From NCBI GenBank assembly GCA_964016885.1, contig OZ024741.1, forward strand, positions 267,778,001 to 267,842,000: a DNA stretch of 64,000 nucleotides. The letters run 5' to 3'. The stretch is from Eledone cirrhosa (Eukaryota). The position numbers and the translations under genes are program-made. Below are positions 45,355-59,684 of the stretch, one piece after another (the first letter of the stretch is position 1; each line of letters opens with the position of its first letter). Below the pieces are notes generated by a model. The model was given only the letters and a program-made list of their open reading frames with translations, was not told the DNA's origin and did no database searches.

Positions 45355-47022
45355 GAGAAGTACCTAGCTAAAGGTAAACCCCTCTACTTAGCTTTTGTCG
45401 ACTTGGAGAAAGCCTTCGACAGAGTCCCCCGCTCCATTATCTGGTGGGCTCTTAGAAAACTAGGCGTTGACGAATGGCTTGTGAGGGCTATACAAGCCAT
45501 GTATAAAGAAACAGTCAGCAAGGTTAGAATTAACAACGAATATAGTGAAGAGTTTAGTGTAAAAGTTGGCGTCCATCAGGGCTCTGTTCTCAGCCCCCTA
45601 ATATTTATTATTGCCCTTCAGGCTATAACAGAGGAGTTCAAGACCGGCTGCCCATGGGAACTCCTATACGCAGACGACCTAACACTCATAGCTGAATCAA
45701 TGGCCCAGCTAGAGAAGAAATTCCAAACATGGAAGCACGGCCTAGAGTCAAAAGGACTTAAAATTAACCTGGCTAAGACCAAAGTTCTAGTTTGTAGGAA
45801 AGAAAACAAGGCGGCGGTCCCTTCTGGGAAATGGTCGTGCTCGGTGTGTAGGAAAGGCGTAGGTAGAAACTCCATTTTATGTCCTAAATGCAAAGTATGG
45901 GTGCATAAAAGATGTAGTGGGATCACAGGTAAGCTAACTAAGAACATAGATTTTACATGTGGCCGGTGTTCTGGTGCAATAAGTAGCAGCAAGTGCCCAC
46001 AAAATACTAGCTCTTTCAATTGCGCAGAGGGTTCTATAGAAATAGTGGACAGCTTCCGTTACCTGGGCGATAAAATCAGCAGTGGGGGAGGGTGCTCTGA
46101 AAGTACTGTAGCTAGAGTCAGAACTGGTTGGAAAAAGTTCAGAGAGCTTATACCACTATTAGCTGCTAAAGGGTTCTCCCTAAAAATGAAAGGCAGGTTG
46201 TACGATGCCTGCATACGAACAGCAATGCTGCATGGCAGTGAGACCTGGGCATTGTGTGCAGAGGATACACGCAGACTAGAGAGGAACGAAGCTTGCATGC
46301 TCCGCTGGATGTGTAACAGTAATATACGTGAACGGCAAAGCATAAACGAACTAAGGAAAAAATTAGAGATAAGAGGGATCAGATGTTGTTTACTCGAGAG
46401 AAGGCTACGTTGGTATGGACACGTGATGCGCATGAAAGTCGATAGCTGTATAACAAAGTGCAGGGCAATAAAGATAGACGGTAGTCACGGAATAGGCAGA
46501 CCTAGAAAAACCTGGGACGAGCTGATAAACTCCGACATCACACACTTACACCTCTCCAAGACAATGTCACTGGACCGAGACCTTTGGCGGTACTCAGTAA
46601 CAGAGAAGACCCGCCTTACCTAAATATATAGTAAAACCTACTCCAGCCAGTAGGCATCTCTAACAAAATACACCCCGTCCCACCACCACCACCCCCACCC
46701 CATCCACACCACCCCGTTCTATGTAAAGTTATGTTGGTGCCGCGCCATCCAGGCCGAAACAAATGAGATCGTGTAGGTGTCACGACAAAAAAACACACAG
46801 TCCACGCTGTAATGTGGCCATGTAGGCAACACGGTAAAAACCTCCCAGACCCACACTGTAAATGTGGTTGGTGTTAGGAAGGGCATCCAACTGTAGAAAA
46901 CCTGCCAGACAGTCCTATGCGAGCAAGACAATCACTCTTGCCTCAAGTGGGACTACCCCCGTCCAAACCCATGCAAGCGTGGAACACGGACGTTAAACGT
47001 TGATGATGATGATGATGATGAT
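45355..47022 (+). mobile_element. RTE family C copy starting at E-K-Y-L-A-K; open frame to 46623; 3' UTR and (GAT)n tail
   Basis: [20 protein letters not shown]4HC3 insert, [14 protein letters not shown]. Confidence 0.93.
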
Positions 47023-47032
47023 ATATATATAT

Positions 47033-47063
<31 letters not shown>

Positions 47064-47165
47064 TGTAAGAGATGTCAACATGAATGGACCTGTTATTTTT
47101 ATCTAAAGACATTTTTTCCAATTCCAACCCGCCCGTCCCTTCAATCTATCTTATTTCTCATTCTT

Positions 47166-47200
47166 TCTTCTGATGAAGGACTAGCATCCAAAACGTTAAG
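47166..47200 (+). ncRNA. Decayed minimal hammerhead
   Basis: cuu-CUGAUGA-aggacuagcaucc-AAAAC-GUU-aag; G12->A consistent with CpG decay. Confidence 0.5.
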
Positions 47201-47298
47201 ACCCTCTTCTTGCTATATCAAGCGTTAACCTAATATATCCCTTCAATATACTGTACCGATTGTGTTGTTATTTCTGTTTACCTTTTACATACATACAT

Positions 47299-47350
<52 letters not shown>

Positions 47351-47489
47351 AGCTATATGCTTTGTTGATGAATATTCAACAGAGTTAAATTTATAACAGA
47401 TATGAAGCACTCTATAGAAATTTATCTGGAGTATTATAATTAATATTAAAAATATTAATAAATGGAAAATATCTTTATAACAACATATT

Positions 47490-47549
47490 TATTTTATTAT
47501 ACATATTTCAAGGATACTAGATCATAGTATGCTTTCTTCAGATAAAATA
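47490..47549 (-). ncRNA. Type I hammerhead ribozyme (left arm)
   Basis: uauuuuau-CUGAAGA-aagcauacua-ugauc-uaguauccuu-GAAA-uaugu-AUA-auaaaaua. Confidence 0.78.
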
Positions 47550-47645
47550 CAATATTTGGTGTTAAGATACAACGAAAGCCAACATTGTTGGCTTACGTTG
47601 TAAAGTCATGCTCTGGGTATGTCAATATCTTAACACCAAATATTG

Positions 47646-47705
47646 TATTTTATCTGAAGAAAGCATACTATAATCTAGTATCATTGAAATATGTATCATG
47701 AAATA
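47646..47705 (+). ncRNA. Type I hammerhead ribozyme (right arm)
   Basis: uauuuuau-CUGAAGA-...-GAAA-uaugu-AUC-augaaaua. Confidence 0.74.
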
Positions 47706-47767
47706 AATATGTTGTTATAAAGATATTTTCCATTTATTAATATTTTTAATATTAATATTATATATAT

Positions 47768-49427
47768 ATCATCATCATCATCGTTTAATGTCCATCTCCC
47801 ACGCTAGCATGGGTTAGACAGGATAGTCCCACTTGAGGCAAGATTGGTCGGGTGACCGTGTGTTGCTCATATAGAAATGTAACTAGCAGGTTTTCTATGG
47901 CTGGATGCCCTTCCTAACACCAACTACATTTACATGGACTGAGAGACTTTTACCATGTCTCCTACATGACCATTTTACAGCATGGACTGGGTGCTTTTTC
48001 TCGTGACACCTACATGACCACTTTACAGTGTGGACTGGATGTTCTGTGGTACCAACATAACTTTACAGAGAAAGGGTGGTGTGAGTGGAAGTGGGAGGAT
48101 GGAGTAGGGGTAGTGGGTTAAGGTGTATATTTGGTTAAGGTGCCTACTGACTGTAGGTTTCGCTTTGTACATAAGGGAAGGTGGGTCTTCTGTATTACTG
48201 CATAGTGCCAAAGATCTCGATCCAGTGACATTGTCTTAGAGGGGTGTGCAAGGTCAGTTTTTATCATGTCGTCCCAGGTTTTTCTGGGTTTAACTACTCC
48301 ATAGCTTCCATCAATTTTGATCGCCCTGCACTTTTTTATACAGCTGTCGTCTTTCATGCACATCACATAACTATACCAACGTAATCCCTCTCAAGTAAAC
48401 TGCATCTGATCCCTCTTATTCCTAATTTCTCACTTAGTTTGTTTATGTTTTGCTGTTCGTGTATATTACAATTACACGTCCAATGGAGCATGCAAGCTTC
48501 ATTCCTTTCCGATCTGTGCAGGTCCTCTGCACACAATGCCCAGGTCTCACTGCCATGTAATATCGCTGTTCGTATACAAGCATCATACAATCTGCCTTTT
48601 ATTTTTATAGAGAAACCTTTAGCGGCCAATAGTGGTATAAGTTCTCTGAACTTTTTCCATCCCATTCTAACTCTGGCTACTGTACTTTCAGAATACCCTC
48701 CTCCACTGCTGATTTTGTCACCCAGGTAACGGAAAGTATCTGCTATTTCTATAGAACCATCTGGGCAGTTGAAGGAGCTAGTATCCAGTGGGCACTTGCT
48801 ACTTACTGCACCTGAGCATCGGCCACATATAAAATCTACATTCTTAGAGAGCTTACCTGTGATTCCACTACATCTTTTATGTACCCATAGTTTGCATTTG
48901 GGGCATAGAATGGAATTTCTACCTACTCCTTTCCTACACACTGAGCATGGCCATTTCCCAGAGGGCACCTGTGCCCTATTTTCCTTTCTACATACTTGAA
49001 CTTTAGTCTTAGACAAGTTGACTTTAAGGACTTTTGATTCTAGGCCATGCTTCCATGTTTGGAATTTCTTCTCTAGTTCAGCCATTGATTCAGCTATGAG
49101 AGTTAGGTCATTTGCATATAGAATTTCCCATGGGCAGCCAGTCTTAAACCCTTCTGTTATAGCCTGTTGGACAATAATAAACAGGAGGGGGCTAAGGACA
49201 AAGCCATGGTGAACTCCTACTTTTATGCTAAATTCTTCACTATATTCATTGTTAATTCTAACCTTGCTGACTGTTCCTCTATACATAGCTTGTATAGCTC
49301 TCACAAGCCATTCATCTACTCCTAGTTATCTAAGAGCCCACCAGATAATGGAGCGGCGGACTCTGTCAAAGGCTTTCTCCAAGTCAACAAAAGCTAAGTA
49401 GAGGGGTTTACTTTTAGCTAGGTACTT
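47768..49427 (-). mobile_element. RTE family C-like copy (older, YAND, frameshifts), starting at K-Y-L-A-K
   Basis: ORFs 48363-49304 and 48118-48366; (CAT)n tail at 47768. Confidence 0.92.
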
Positions 49428-50403
49428 ATATATATAGGATGTGTATGTGTGTATATATATATACACACACATACACATCCTATATTTTTCCTATCTCTTG
49501 TTAATTGGCTCTAAATCTTCCTGGAACCTGCAATAATTGCTTACATAGACACTAATCCACAAATTAACTGGTGGAGGGTAGTCGAGGCATGGGCAAGCTT
49601 TTATGAGCAATGTGTGACATGAGGCAAGGCTCATTATAAGGCAGGCATGCCATTGAGTAAGCCTAACAGGTTTCAGTTTATCCATGACTGGTGCAGTCAA
49701 TTATATTTGAGACCACATCTTGAGAAAGGCCACTCATCTTATTGGTAGGAAATCACTGCTATGTACACTCAAATCTCTGGGATTACAATGGCTTTTACTC
49801 TTTGGGGCTGGCTAGCCTTGTGCCACCTCCACCCCCACCACCATCATAACTCAGATGCTCCTAACTTATTAATATCTTCCTCTTATCATTTTGTGATAAG
49901 CCTTCAAGCCCTATACTGACCATTACACCCAGTTGTTAGTCATAAACTTTCAACAGTTTAACCTTTTAGCATTTAAACCAGCCATATCTGGCCAGAATTC
50001 TTTCACCTCTTTCTTTTCAAACTGGCTGTAACTGGCGGCTCATACTTATGTTAAGGTATTGTTTTCAAAATGAATAATATCAAAATCTCATACATCCGAT
50101 ATTATGTGAGGTAAAGCCTTTACTGCGAAAATACAATAGTAAATATAGAGTAATGTAAATGTTGAAGTGTAAAGTTCAACATTAACCACATCAATTTCAC
50201 TAGCTTCAGTGGGGATGTGAAGGCAATAGACACAACCCTTGTCCTACAGATGAATTTTTTTTTTAATTTGAAAAACAGAAAAAACTTCTAACCCTAGTAT
50301 TTGATGTGCATGTATTTTGTCAAGTTGATCTCACATTTTGTTTGGTGTTCTATCGATTCTGCCAAATCCACTTTTTTTTTTAAAGCACACCCTTATGATG
50401 ATG

Positions 50404-50449
<46 letters not shown>

Positions 50450-50669
50450 ACAACTGAGCAATAGATTAAAGGTAATATGAGAAGGATTAATTGAGGATTA
50501 TCTTCTGAAGTCATGGTAATCAGGTTTATAAGTTAACACCTACCATGGTAGTGAGATCAGCAAAATCATTCAATTAATCAGATTTATGTAACTGTCCTTC
50601 CATTCTCCCAATAATAATAATAGTAAAAATAAAATGTATCTGGCAAAGTAAGGCTCAATCTAGTCACTT

Positions 50670-51400
50670 GTATAGCCAACCAGATAGTTCAGGAAGGTGT
50701 CACAGTGTCATCATCAACTGTTACAAGGGGAAAAAAAGATGCTCCAGAAAGAAGCAACTATAGAGGCATTTAACTAATGGATCAAGTTTTGAAAGTAACA
50801 GAGACAGTTTTAGCACAATTGATTAGGATAAGAATTAGCTTAAATGAAAAACAGTTTGGCTTTATGCCAGGTTGGGCTACTACTGATGCCTTCTCCATAG
50901 TGAGATGACTGCAAGAGGAGTTCCTACCTAAGAATATACTAGTATAACTAGCATTCTTTGATTTGGTGAAGGCTTTTGACTGGGTACCACATTCTTTAGT
51001 CTGTTAGCCTTTAAGAAAACTAGGCATTGATGAATGGCCTGTGAGAGCAGTAAAGTGAAAGTTAGCAATCAGTTTAGTAAAGACGTTAAAGTACAAACTT
51101 AGTTCAAAACTTCCCACTGTCTCTTACAGCTCCCCAGGCGGAGTTTAAAAATGGTTATTCACAAGAACTCTTCTATGCTAATGACCTAGTTCCTATAGTT
51201 GAATCTGTGGAAAATCTAGAGAAACAATTCAAGATGGTAACAAAATCTAGAATCAAACATCTTAGAAAGTAGGACAGAAGACTCAATCCTGTTGCCCTGT
51301 GTGAAGAAAAGGACTAGTTATTCCATACATATTTTATACTCAGTATAAAATATGGGTACACAAAATGTGTCACTGGTATATCTTCACAGTTGTGTCAAAG
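50670..51400 (+). mobile_element. Highly degenerate RTE RT fragment
   Basis: NYRGI.LMDQV, QFGFMPG, FFDLVKAFD, YAND with stops and frameshifts. Confidence 0.75.
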
Positions 51401-51552
51401 ACATGGAAACCTCCGTAGAGCCATGATAAAGGTAAACTTTTTAATATGCTAAAATGTGAGATGCAGGCCCCTAGCCCCTCTGCTGTCTGAGAGGTCAGTA
51501 GCTCCAACTAAGTACTAATTGCGTAATCAATGGATGGATTAGTTACTTGACT

Positions 51553-51876
51553 AATAATTGTTTCTACTTTTGGCACAAGGCCAGCAATTACCCAGTGTAT
51601 TACTGGTACTTTATTTTATCGACCCCGTAAGGATGAAAGGCAAAGTTAACCTCGTCGGGATTTGAACTCAGAATGGGAAGGGCCATAACTCTTTGCGCCA
51701 AAGCATGGCGTCCGACCCTCTACCGATACTGCCAATCCACCGCCATTACTTGACTAATAATTGTTTCTATTTTTGGCACAAGGCCAGCAATTAACCAGTG
51801 CATTACTGGTACTTTATTTTATCGACCCTGTAAGGATGAAAGGCAAAGTCAACCTCGGCGGGATTTGAACTCAGAT
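51553..51876 (-). mobile_element. Two tandem SINE family 2 copies
   Basis: Family 2 consensus; CTTGACTA repeated at all three junctions. Confidence 0.85.
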
Positions 51877-52496
51877 CTTGACTAGAAGTGAAACTCAATA
51901 GGTGCATATATTTTTATAGGTAACATGAGCTTTTCTAAAGTATAACAATATCTGTTTCAACACACGATTTCACATCAAGAATCTTCCAAAACAAATACAG
52001 AAACGAAGTATATATAATATATATTATACTATATTACCAACAAGTAATAATAGTAATTGTTCAATGTTCCAATATATAAAACCGGTTAGGGCAGTGAGTT
52101 AGCAGAAATTATAAATGGTCGCAAATTAAAAGTATTGCAATACTTATGTCTGTAGAGAGTATATTTACTCCAGTAATTTTTATTCCCGTGTTCGTCTCTA
52201 TATTCTGAATTTGTGTTACAGAACGATCAACTTTGCGTTTCACTTAAGTTCCAATAAAGTAAGAAGAGAGAGAGAGAGCACTCGATCTACTAGAAACAAC
52301 GAACAAACCTACTGGAAAACATACTACTGTCTTATAACAGGAAAGACATACTGGATAAATAATATAGTCTTAAGATACATTAAGTCAGATGAAATGGTGA
52401 CGGATGAAATGTTTTTGATCGTAAGTTTGCTGGATCAGAACTGACTTGAGGCTAAACAACATTCTACACCTCCGACTCAATAAATTTAAACTACCA

Positions 52497-52608
<112 letters not shown>

Positions 52609-54300
52609 TCAATTATTCCCTTACCTGTTTAAATTGGCCTCAAGTTCCATCAAAATAAACAAACTCTTTTTTTTTTGTACATATAAATTGTGTTTATATA
52701 CTAACATTTAATAAAAGCTGCAGTCATATCGCACTCAGTACACCTTATATTTCACTAAGCGAATACTAAAAAGATTTCTAAAGAAAATTCATATATCCTT
52801 TTTTTCTTTTTTTTTACGAAGCAACATGTCAAAAACTAAATAATCTATATATTTAAAAAAAACCCACCTGCTTAAGATATTGTTGTGTAGTCAAAGATCA
52901 GTCCTGATTGAACAACCCTATGATCAAAGGCATTCCACCTGTGACCATAGGTTGTTGTTTTGTTTTTTTTTGTTTTTTAATTTTTATTGTACAGTGAATT
53001 ATATTATTCAACATGTCTTTATTATAATATTTTTTTAGGCAATAGGCTGTAAGTTGAGTGAAATTTTATATCAAACAGCTTGAATTGTCAACAGAGAATC
53101 AAACTGTCAGTGACTCGTTAACCTATTTTGTTGAGTAATGTGGTCAGACCACCTTCATTTATTTACTAACTATTCTTTATACACGGAATACCAGTCATCT
53201 AATAAAGCACCATTACATACAATATATAGGAACAAAAAACAACCGATTTACCCTCCATAAACCCTAGTTCGTTTAATATCATTCACGTTATGTAATTCTA
53301 AACTGATCAATCGACTGAAGATGTCGTTCTTCAGATATAAAACAAAACAAAAAGAAGCAGATGAGGTCAACAACAATAGCAGCACACATCTATCTTAAAA
53401 TATTAAGGTATGGTTAAAATTAACAACTAAACACCAAAGTAATGTATCTATGTCTTTATAATTGTTCTTAATTCTGAAATATTTTCCGTTTTTCTCTGTT
53501 TACATTTTACGGAGGAAGAAAAAAAAGAGACGAAAAAGACAATAAACACGAGGAGAAAAGGGGATGTCTTCGGAAAACCCAGCAGTAATAAATACGTTGA
53601 TATATCAAAAGATATTTACAAAGAGCTAGAGACTGTGTGTGACTATGTGAAAGCTATCTCACTAGAGAGATAGAGAGATTGAGTAATTGATAGGGAGAGG
53701 GAGAGAAAGTGAAATCACCCACCTTGCGTATGATTTCAGCCACCAGCTGGTCTGTCTTCGTAGAATGTATATATGATACTACAGGTACTACTACAACTAC
53801 ATCAATTATTTCAACAAATCTATGGGCATGCGGTATTACTACTACTACTACTGCCACATCCCCCACCACCGGTAATAGCAGTAGTCATTTTTGTAGCAAG
53901 AGCAGCAGCAGCTATTGCGAGTTCGGTGATTATTAAAAAAAAAAATATATATATTAATAAAATGGGCGGGGTAGTTTCACGTCATGGATGAAATGGATGA
54001 ATAACAAGCAATTCTATTAGAAGAAATGTGGTGACGGTGGTGTTGACTGTGGCGGCTAAGGTGGTGATGATGTTGCGTAAGAGTTGATTTAATCGGTGAT
54101 CGATCAGTGAACAACTTAAAGATAACTACTACTACTACTACTACTACTACTGCTGCTGCTGCTACTTCTAACTTTGAGGTTTATTGATGAGGAATTGACA
54201 GTTACAGATTAGAAAACGCCACAGTACGTTTCACTGTACTAAACTACTAAAACAAAAAAGGAAGAAAAATATCACTGCTAAATTTTTACCGCCTTTTGAC

Positions 54301-54337
<37 letters not shown>

Positions 54338-54639
54338 ATATGTAGTTGACAAGAGAAAAGAGAACTCAATACCAAAGTAGACCAGTGAGTGCGCAGGTGA
54401 AACTCCAGAGTAACAAGACTCTCAACTTAATAAACGAATATAATATAGATATAGATATCTATCTTTGTTATTTGCGAAACACTGAAAACTGTATATATAT
54501 AAGATCTAATATATAAAATGTGTCCCCTCCACCCATATGTATATTTATATATATTTATATATATTGCATATAGTAGTTAAAACCAAACCATATGGACACC
54601 TTAAACAAATAAAAGACTGAAAAACAAAAAAGCTGTGTA

Positions 54640-54984
54640 GTAACGAAGGCGGTTACTAAGAAGCAGTAGGCGTGGCTTTGAATTTAGCGGCTGCAAAGTG
54701 GTTGAAGGGCGTGTCACAAAAAAGTTGTAGTAACTGTTAACGATAATGTTGTGAAAATTCACGGATAGATAGAAACATATCTATAGAAACGTTTTCTTTT
54801 TATCTATTTTTGTTTCTTTTAGTTTAAAAAAATATATACATGTTTTCCGCCTTATTTAAATTTTGTTTTTACTCCTTCCCACCAATCTTTCCTTTTTGCG
54901 CTTCCACATTACCTGCCTTGTTGTTGCGTGTTACGTCACCAGTAAGTGAGCACAGGAAAAAATGACGTCAGTGCGCGTGTCAAC
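54640..54984 (+). promoter_or_regulatory. Putative promoter/5' region of E93/LCORL-like gene
   Basis: GGCGTGGC 54669, GGGCGTGTC 54707, CCAAT 54882, TTACGTCA 54931, full CRE TGACGTCA 54963-54970; locally CpG-richer and TE-free. Confidence 0.5.
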
Positions 54985-55078
54985 ATGGTAGATTGCGGAG
55001 GCTTACGGTGTGCTCAAGAAAGGCGCAGCTTTAAGAAAGAACTGCTATCATGGGGCAAGAAAATTCCAGTTTTGATCG
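54985..55078 (+). CDS. E93/LCORL: First coding exon of an E93/Mblk-1/LCOR/LCORL (Pipsqueak-HTH transcription factor / nuclear-receptor corepressor) family gene
   Basis: AAC-ATG-G start; MVDCGGLRCAQERRSFKKELLSWGKKIPVLI(G) then G|GTGAGT donor, phase 1; matches from memory the C-x4-C-x2-ERR-x2-K/R-K/R-x-L-x2-W N-terminus of fly E93 and vertebrate LCORL. Exon 2 not found in the window. Confidence 0.82.
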
Positions 55079-58000
55079 GTGAGTTAATTATACGCATATA
55101 TGTGTTGTCTATATTAATACGTTTCGTTAAAACAAACAAATAAACAAACAAAGCAACTACAGGCAAAACAATAACGGATCATCTTGTATTACTCCCTCCT
55201 CCACTGCCCACAAACAAAAACCAACAACAACAAAAATGAATAATTCTTAAGTTTCACCTTTTAAACCCTTCAATTTTTCTTTTATGAAGGTAAAAAGAGA
55301 ATTTAGGAAAAGTACATTTTTTTTTTTCCCGTAACTAAATTAGCAATTATTATTCAGTTAATTCATTTGGTTCTAACTGCAAAAAAATATCTTTAAAAAC
55401 GCAAAATAAATGCGTTTAGGGAGACATTTTAAATGAATTGTTTTGGTAACTAAATTGTCTGGGGCGAGATGAAAATATTTTATCATAATTCTTAAGATTT
55501 TTCTCTCAAGTAGTACTTTAAAGTGCACATTGAATATATTTTAGGTTTGTTTTCCAGGTAAAACTTAAGTAATGACTGACCACCTAAAAAAAAAAAAAAA
55601 AGAGAGAGAGCCAGAAAGGGAAAGTCTGTTCTGTTTCTCACCGTGCTTTATATTAACCCAGTCAATTCTCACCCCAAAATAACTAACTCACTACCTTCTT
55701 TTTAAAATATCCAAAGGCCACATTGGACAATGTATTTCTGGAGATACAAAAAAGTACAAGATAGTCACGGCTGGAATACATTTGACGATATGTCTGCACA
55801 AAAAGGGGCTGACCTGCACCTAAACAGAAACCACCAAATTCACAACGGGGATGGTAACCAGTTAAAGGAGAGGGTTGACATTCTCCATGAAAAATTTAGA
55901 AGAACGGCAGACGACACGTTTCTTCGTATCAGTTTTTCACAAAATTTTGGCTGGGAGGGGAAATAAAAATACAAAAGCCTCTACAACAAATTTTCTCTTT
56001 GCACACACACATATGTATGTGTGCATGTGTATATGTATGTATATATATATATATGATTTTATATATACATGTGAGTGTATAATATACATATATATATATA
56101 TACACATGTATGCATAACAGGCTGAATCAGGTAATATATATATATATGTGTACGTGTGTGTCTATATGTATTTATCGAGAGTTTTATATATATCCAACTG
56201 GCCCTTACACAACCATATTCTTCGTTCTTTATTGGGGGAGTCAGGGTTGTATTTTCGCTGCTTTCTGGATGGAGAAAGATTGCTTTCGTTGTCAACGCGG
56301 TCAGCACTCACTTTTGGCAGACGAAATCTACCATATTTCTATCTTCTATCTTGCTTTTATCTATCTCTCTTCTTGGTTCCTTAGTAGTTTTGCTTTCTCT
56401 TTCACTTTCTCCCCCTTCCCACATTTCTCTTCTGTATCCTTTTATCTCTTTAATCCATCTCTCATCATCTCATTTCTTTTTACTATTTCTAGTCCTTATT
56501 CGAGTGTGTGTGCACACGTAGTACATACGTACATATATATAATATATATATATACCTACATATGTACGTATATACATACATATGCACGTACATACGTATG
56601 TACACAAACATACGCACATGTATAAACATAAGCAAATATATTTATTACTAGTGTTACAATTATCAAAGTGTTTCTTTCTTTTCTTGTTTCTATATATTTT
56701 ATAAATAGCAAGAGAACGACCGAACTGTTCGTTTGCTTTGTTTACGTATGTTGTTGATGTTGAAACCAGTTACCAATGGTTTTCTCCTCCTCTCTCTTCA
56801 ACCCCCTCTCTGTATGCCTGCGCGCCTTTAGTTGTTTTAACTCGAGGTTAATCCTTGATCAAAGGCATTCTATCCGTGACCATACCGTGTCTTTTTTTTG
56901 GGTTTTGTATTTTTTTGCGGATGGTTATCTAGTACTACATTATCTAATGTGTATTCCTAATATTTTATTTTATATACGGTGGAATGTGGTTTGATGGAGA
57001 TTTTGTTGCGATGTGGAGTGACCACGTAGTGGATCGCTCGTAGGTGATAAGGTAAGATGACGCGATAAGATGCTGAACTTACCTAGCTGATATCTTTTAT
57101 TTTCTCTAAATTATACACACACACACACATATATATATAATATATATATATATATATACATACATATATGTGGGTGTGTATATATATATCTGTTATTTTA
57201 ATATATACACACACACACATCAGTTGAAATTGTCTCGTCGTCAATAATAAATAATAAACGGTCTATATTAGGAAGGAATTAAGTAGTTTGTGATTTCTCA
57301 CTATGAACAAAGATTAATCCTGCAAATAAAGAATTATAAAATATAACCTAGTCATATTAAATATATTGACCTCCGCTCACTAGTTTGTTTGTTTTTTATA
57401 CACATATGGTCTTTTTCGATTACCTTGTATTTGTAACTGAGAATTGAAAACATCTAGAAGCCCTGTGTTATGGATTAGTTAAGTTTAAAAGAAACATACA
57501 TATATATGTATATATACATATCAACGGAGGTGGTTTATGTATTGTACACAGACAGCCAAACGTTGAATTGAATGAACACTCAATGCATATAAAGTGTCGA
57601 TTATATTTTCCAACGGAAAAGGTGGAAGTGACTTCGAAGTTTCGCTTGTAATGAACCTCTTCGTCATTGTCACCTTTTCACCTTTTTCTTTTAAAAATAT
57701 TACGTTTATATATAAATCATCATTATCATCATTTAACGTCCGTTTTCTCTCTGCTTGCAAGGAATATATATGTATATATATATATTCCTTGCAATATATA
57801 TATATGTGTGTGTATTGCTGTTTATCAGTAATAGGTCTTCAGATCATGTTTCTTGTCAATTGTGGAGAGTTCCATCTGTACAACCCTTCATCCCTGGCTG
57901 ACATAGTGTCTCAATTTCCTTATTTCCTTTGATCTTTGCCCTAAAGCCAGTGGACAAGAAAACTGTCCGAAATCTCATCAAAACAACAGGGCGCCATGTT

Positions 58001-58986
58001 TTCTCATTACTGGCGAAAAATTATATCAAATAAAATAAATGAATTTTAAGAATTCAATATTTTGTCTGTTTGAAAAAAAAAAAAAAGAACACCCAAATTG
58101 TTGTTACTTTCTTTCGAATGTAAGATAACATACAATTTATTAAAGTGTCTGTTTTACTTTCATTATGCACATGTTTTTTAAAATCTTCAAAATCTTCACC
58201 TCGTATATTTATCACCCCCGTTTGTCGCATCTACGAAATCTACGTATACGTCGCTCGACTTGCTAAAAATAGTAGCTAGATTTCCCTCAAATCACATCCA
58301 CTCCCACGCCGTCTGAATAAATTTTTCGGACTTTGAATTATTTAGTCCTGATTGTACTATGGGTGAAAAAAAAAAACGAGGTGGTTACGGTTAGAATATT
58401 TTTTACCTTAGGTCTTTTTATTGGATCAAGGCTAGTTAAACAGCAATACCTCCTCCACCTACATTTTTCTCCCTTCTTTAAACCGCGACATTAGCTCCTC
58501 ATGCCCCCTCCTTTACTCCACCCCATCTCTCTCTCTTTCTCACACACACACACACACACATCTGTCTCCTGTCGAAGATCAAGGCCTGCCAACTGTACAA
58601 TAAGCTGGCGTCAGCGGCGAGAGCGCGGAGACAATTCATCAGATGTGCTTGTTGTTTCGCGCACCCACCTCCCTCTCCTGCATGAAATCCTGTGTTGCTG
58701 TTAATGGTGACTTGTACAAATCGATATGTATGTATTTGGGGGGTGCTGCTTCTTCTCCAGTGCCAGTGGTGACCTAGTCTATGTTAATTAGTCGCCACTC
58801 TGGCTGATGCTCGACTGAGGACTTTACTATTTCGAGTCCATAAGCGCCGTCATGGTCCCTCGTTTTGATGTTTCTCTTTGCTCTTTAATCTATTATAACA
58901 TTGCCTCTTCTACTTAGTCTCTTCTATTTTATCCATATCTGACCGTCTTTCTCCCTCCTCCCTATTCTATCTATATATTTCTGTTT

Positions 58987-59132
<146 letters not shown>

Positions 59133-59684
59133 GTCTCGTTAAGGAGCTGATTTTCTCGAAATTTTTCACCTAAAAAACAACACAAATATCAATTTCTAAT
59201 AATCTTTTTATCAATCGTCGATACTCATAACAAATAACATAACTTACAACTTTTTAAAATATTGTTTTCTGCCATTCTTAGTAAAAATATCAATTATTTG
59301 GTCAATATTTTAAACAATAGACAATGTTGGTATACTTTTTACTCCCTATTTTGTATTACCACACTGTTTAGGTGTGTTTGACTCATTGTATTTCCTACTC
59401 GTATATCTTAATTTGTCTAAGGCCACTAGAGGAACATGATGTAGCAGGGATTGTTGCCTAGATACCAGTGAATCTGTAGCTGATTGGCAGTATGTCATGA
59501 GTATTATTTTTGTAAACAGTTTGAACACCATCAGCTGCAGTTGACTGTGAACCTGGGTGATGTGTATTGTGTGTGACAAATGTTATGTAGATTGTCTTTT
59601 CTGTCTTTGAAGAGATCCATATCAACACAATGATGTGTTGCAACAAGTTGATAGTGCTTCTCTGACACATCAGGATTGAGGACC

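Larger units (their letters stand above)
47441..47754. repeat. Palindromic pLTR element (~129-bp arms, 56-nt spacer), homologous to 26580-26950
   Basis: Arms 47441-47569 / 47626-47754; shared TAAATGGAAAA, TATTT..ATTAT and AAAATACAATAT blocks. Confidence 0.88.

Noticed and set aside
56245-56384. Candidate exon 2 of the E93/LCORL-like gene (CAG|GG TTG TAT...)
   Set aside because: Phase fits, but translation GLYFRCFLDG lacks the expected LE.I.E.L motif and there is no good pyrimidine tract
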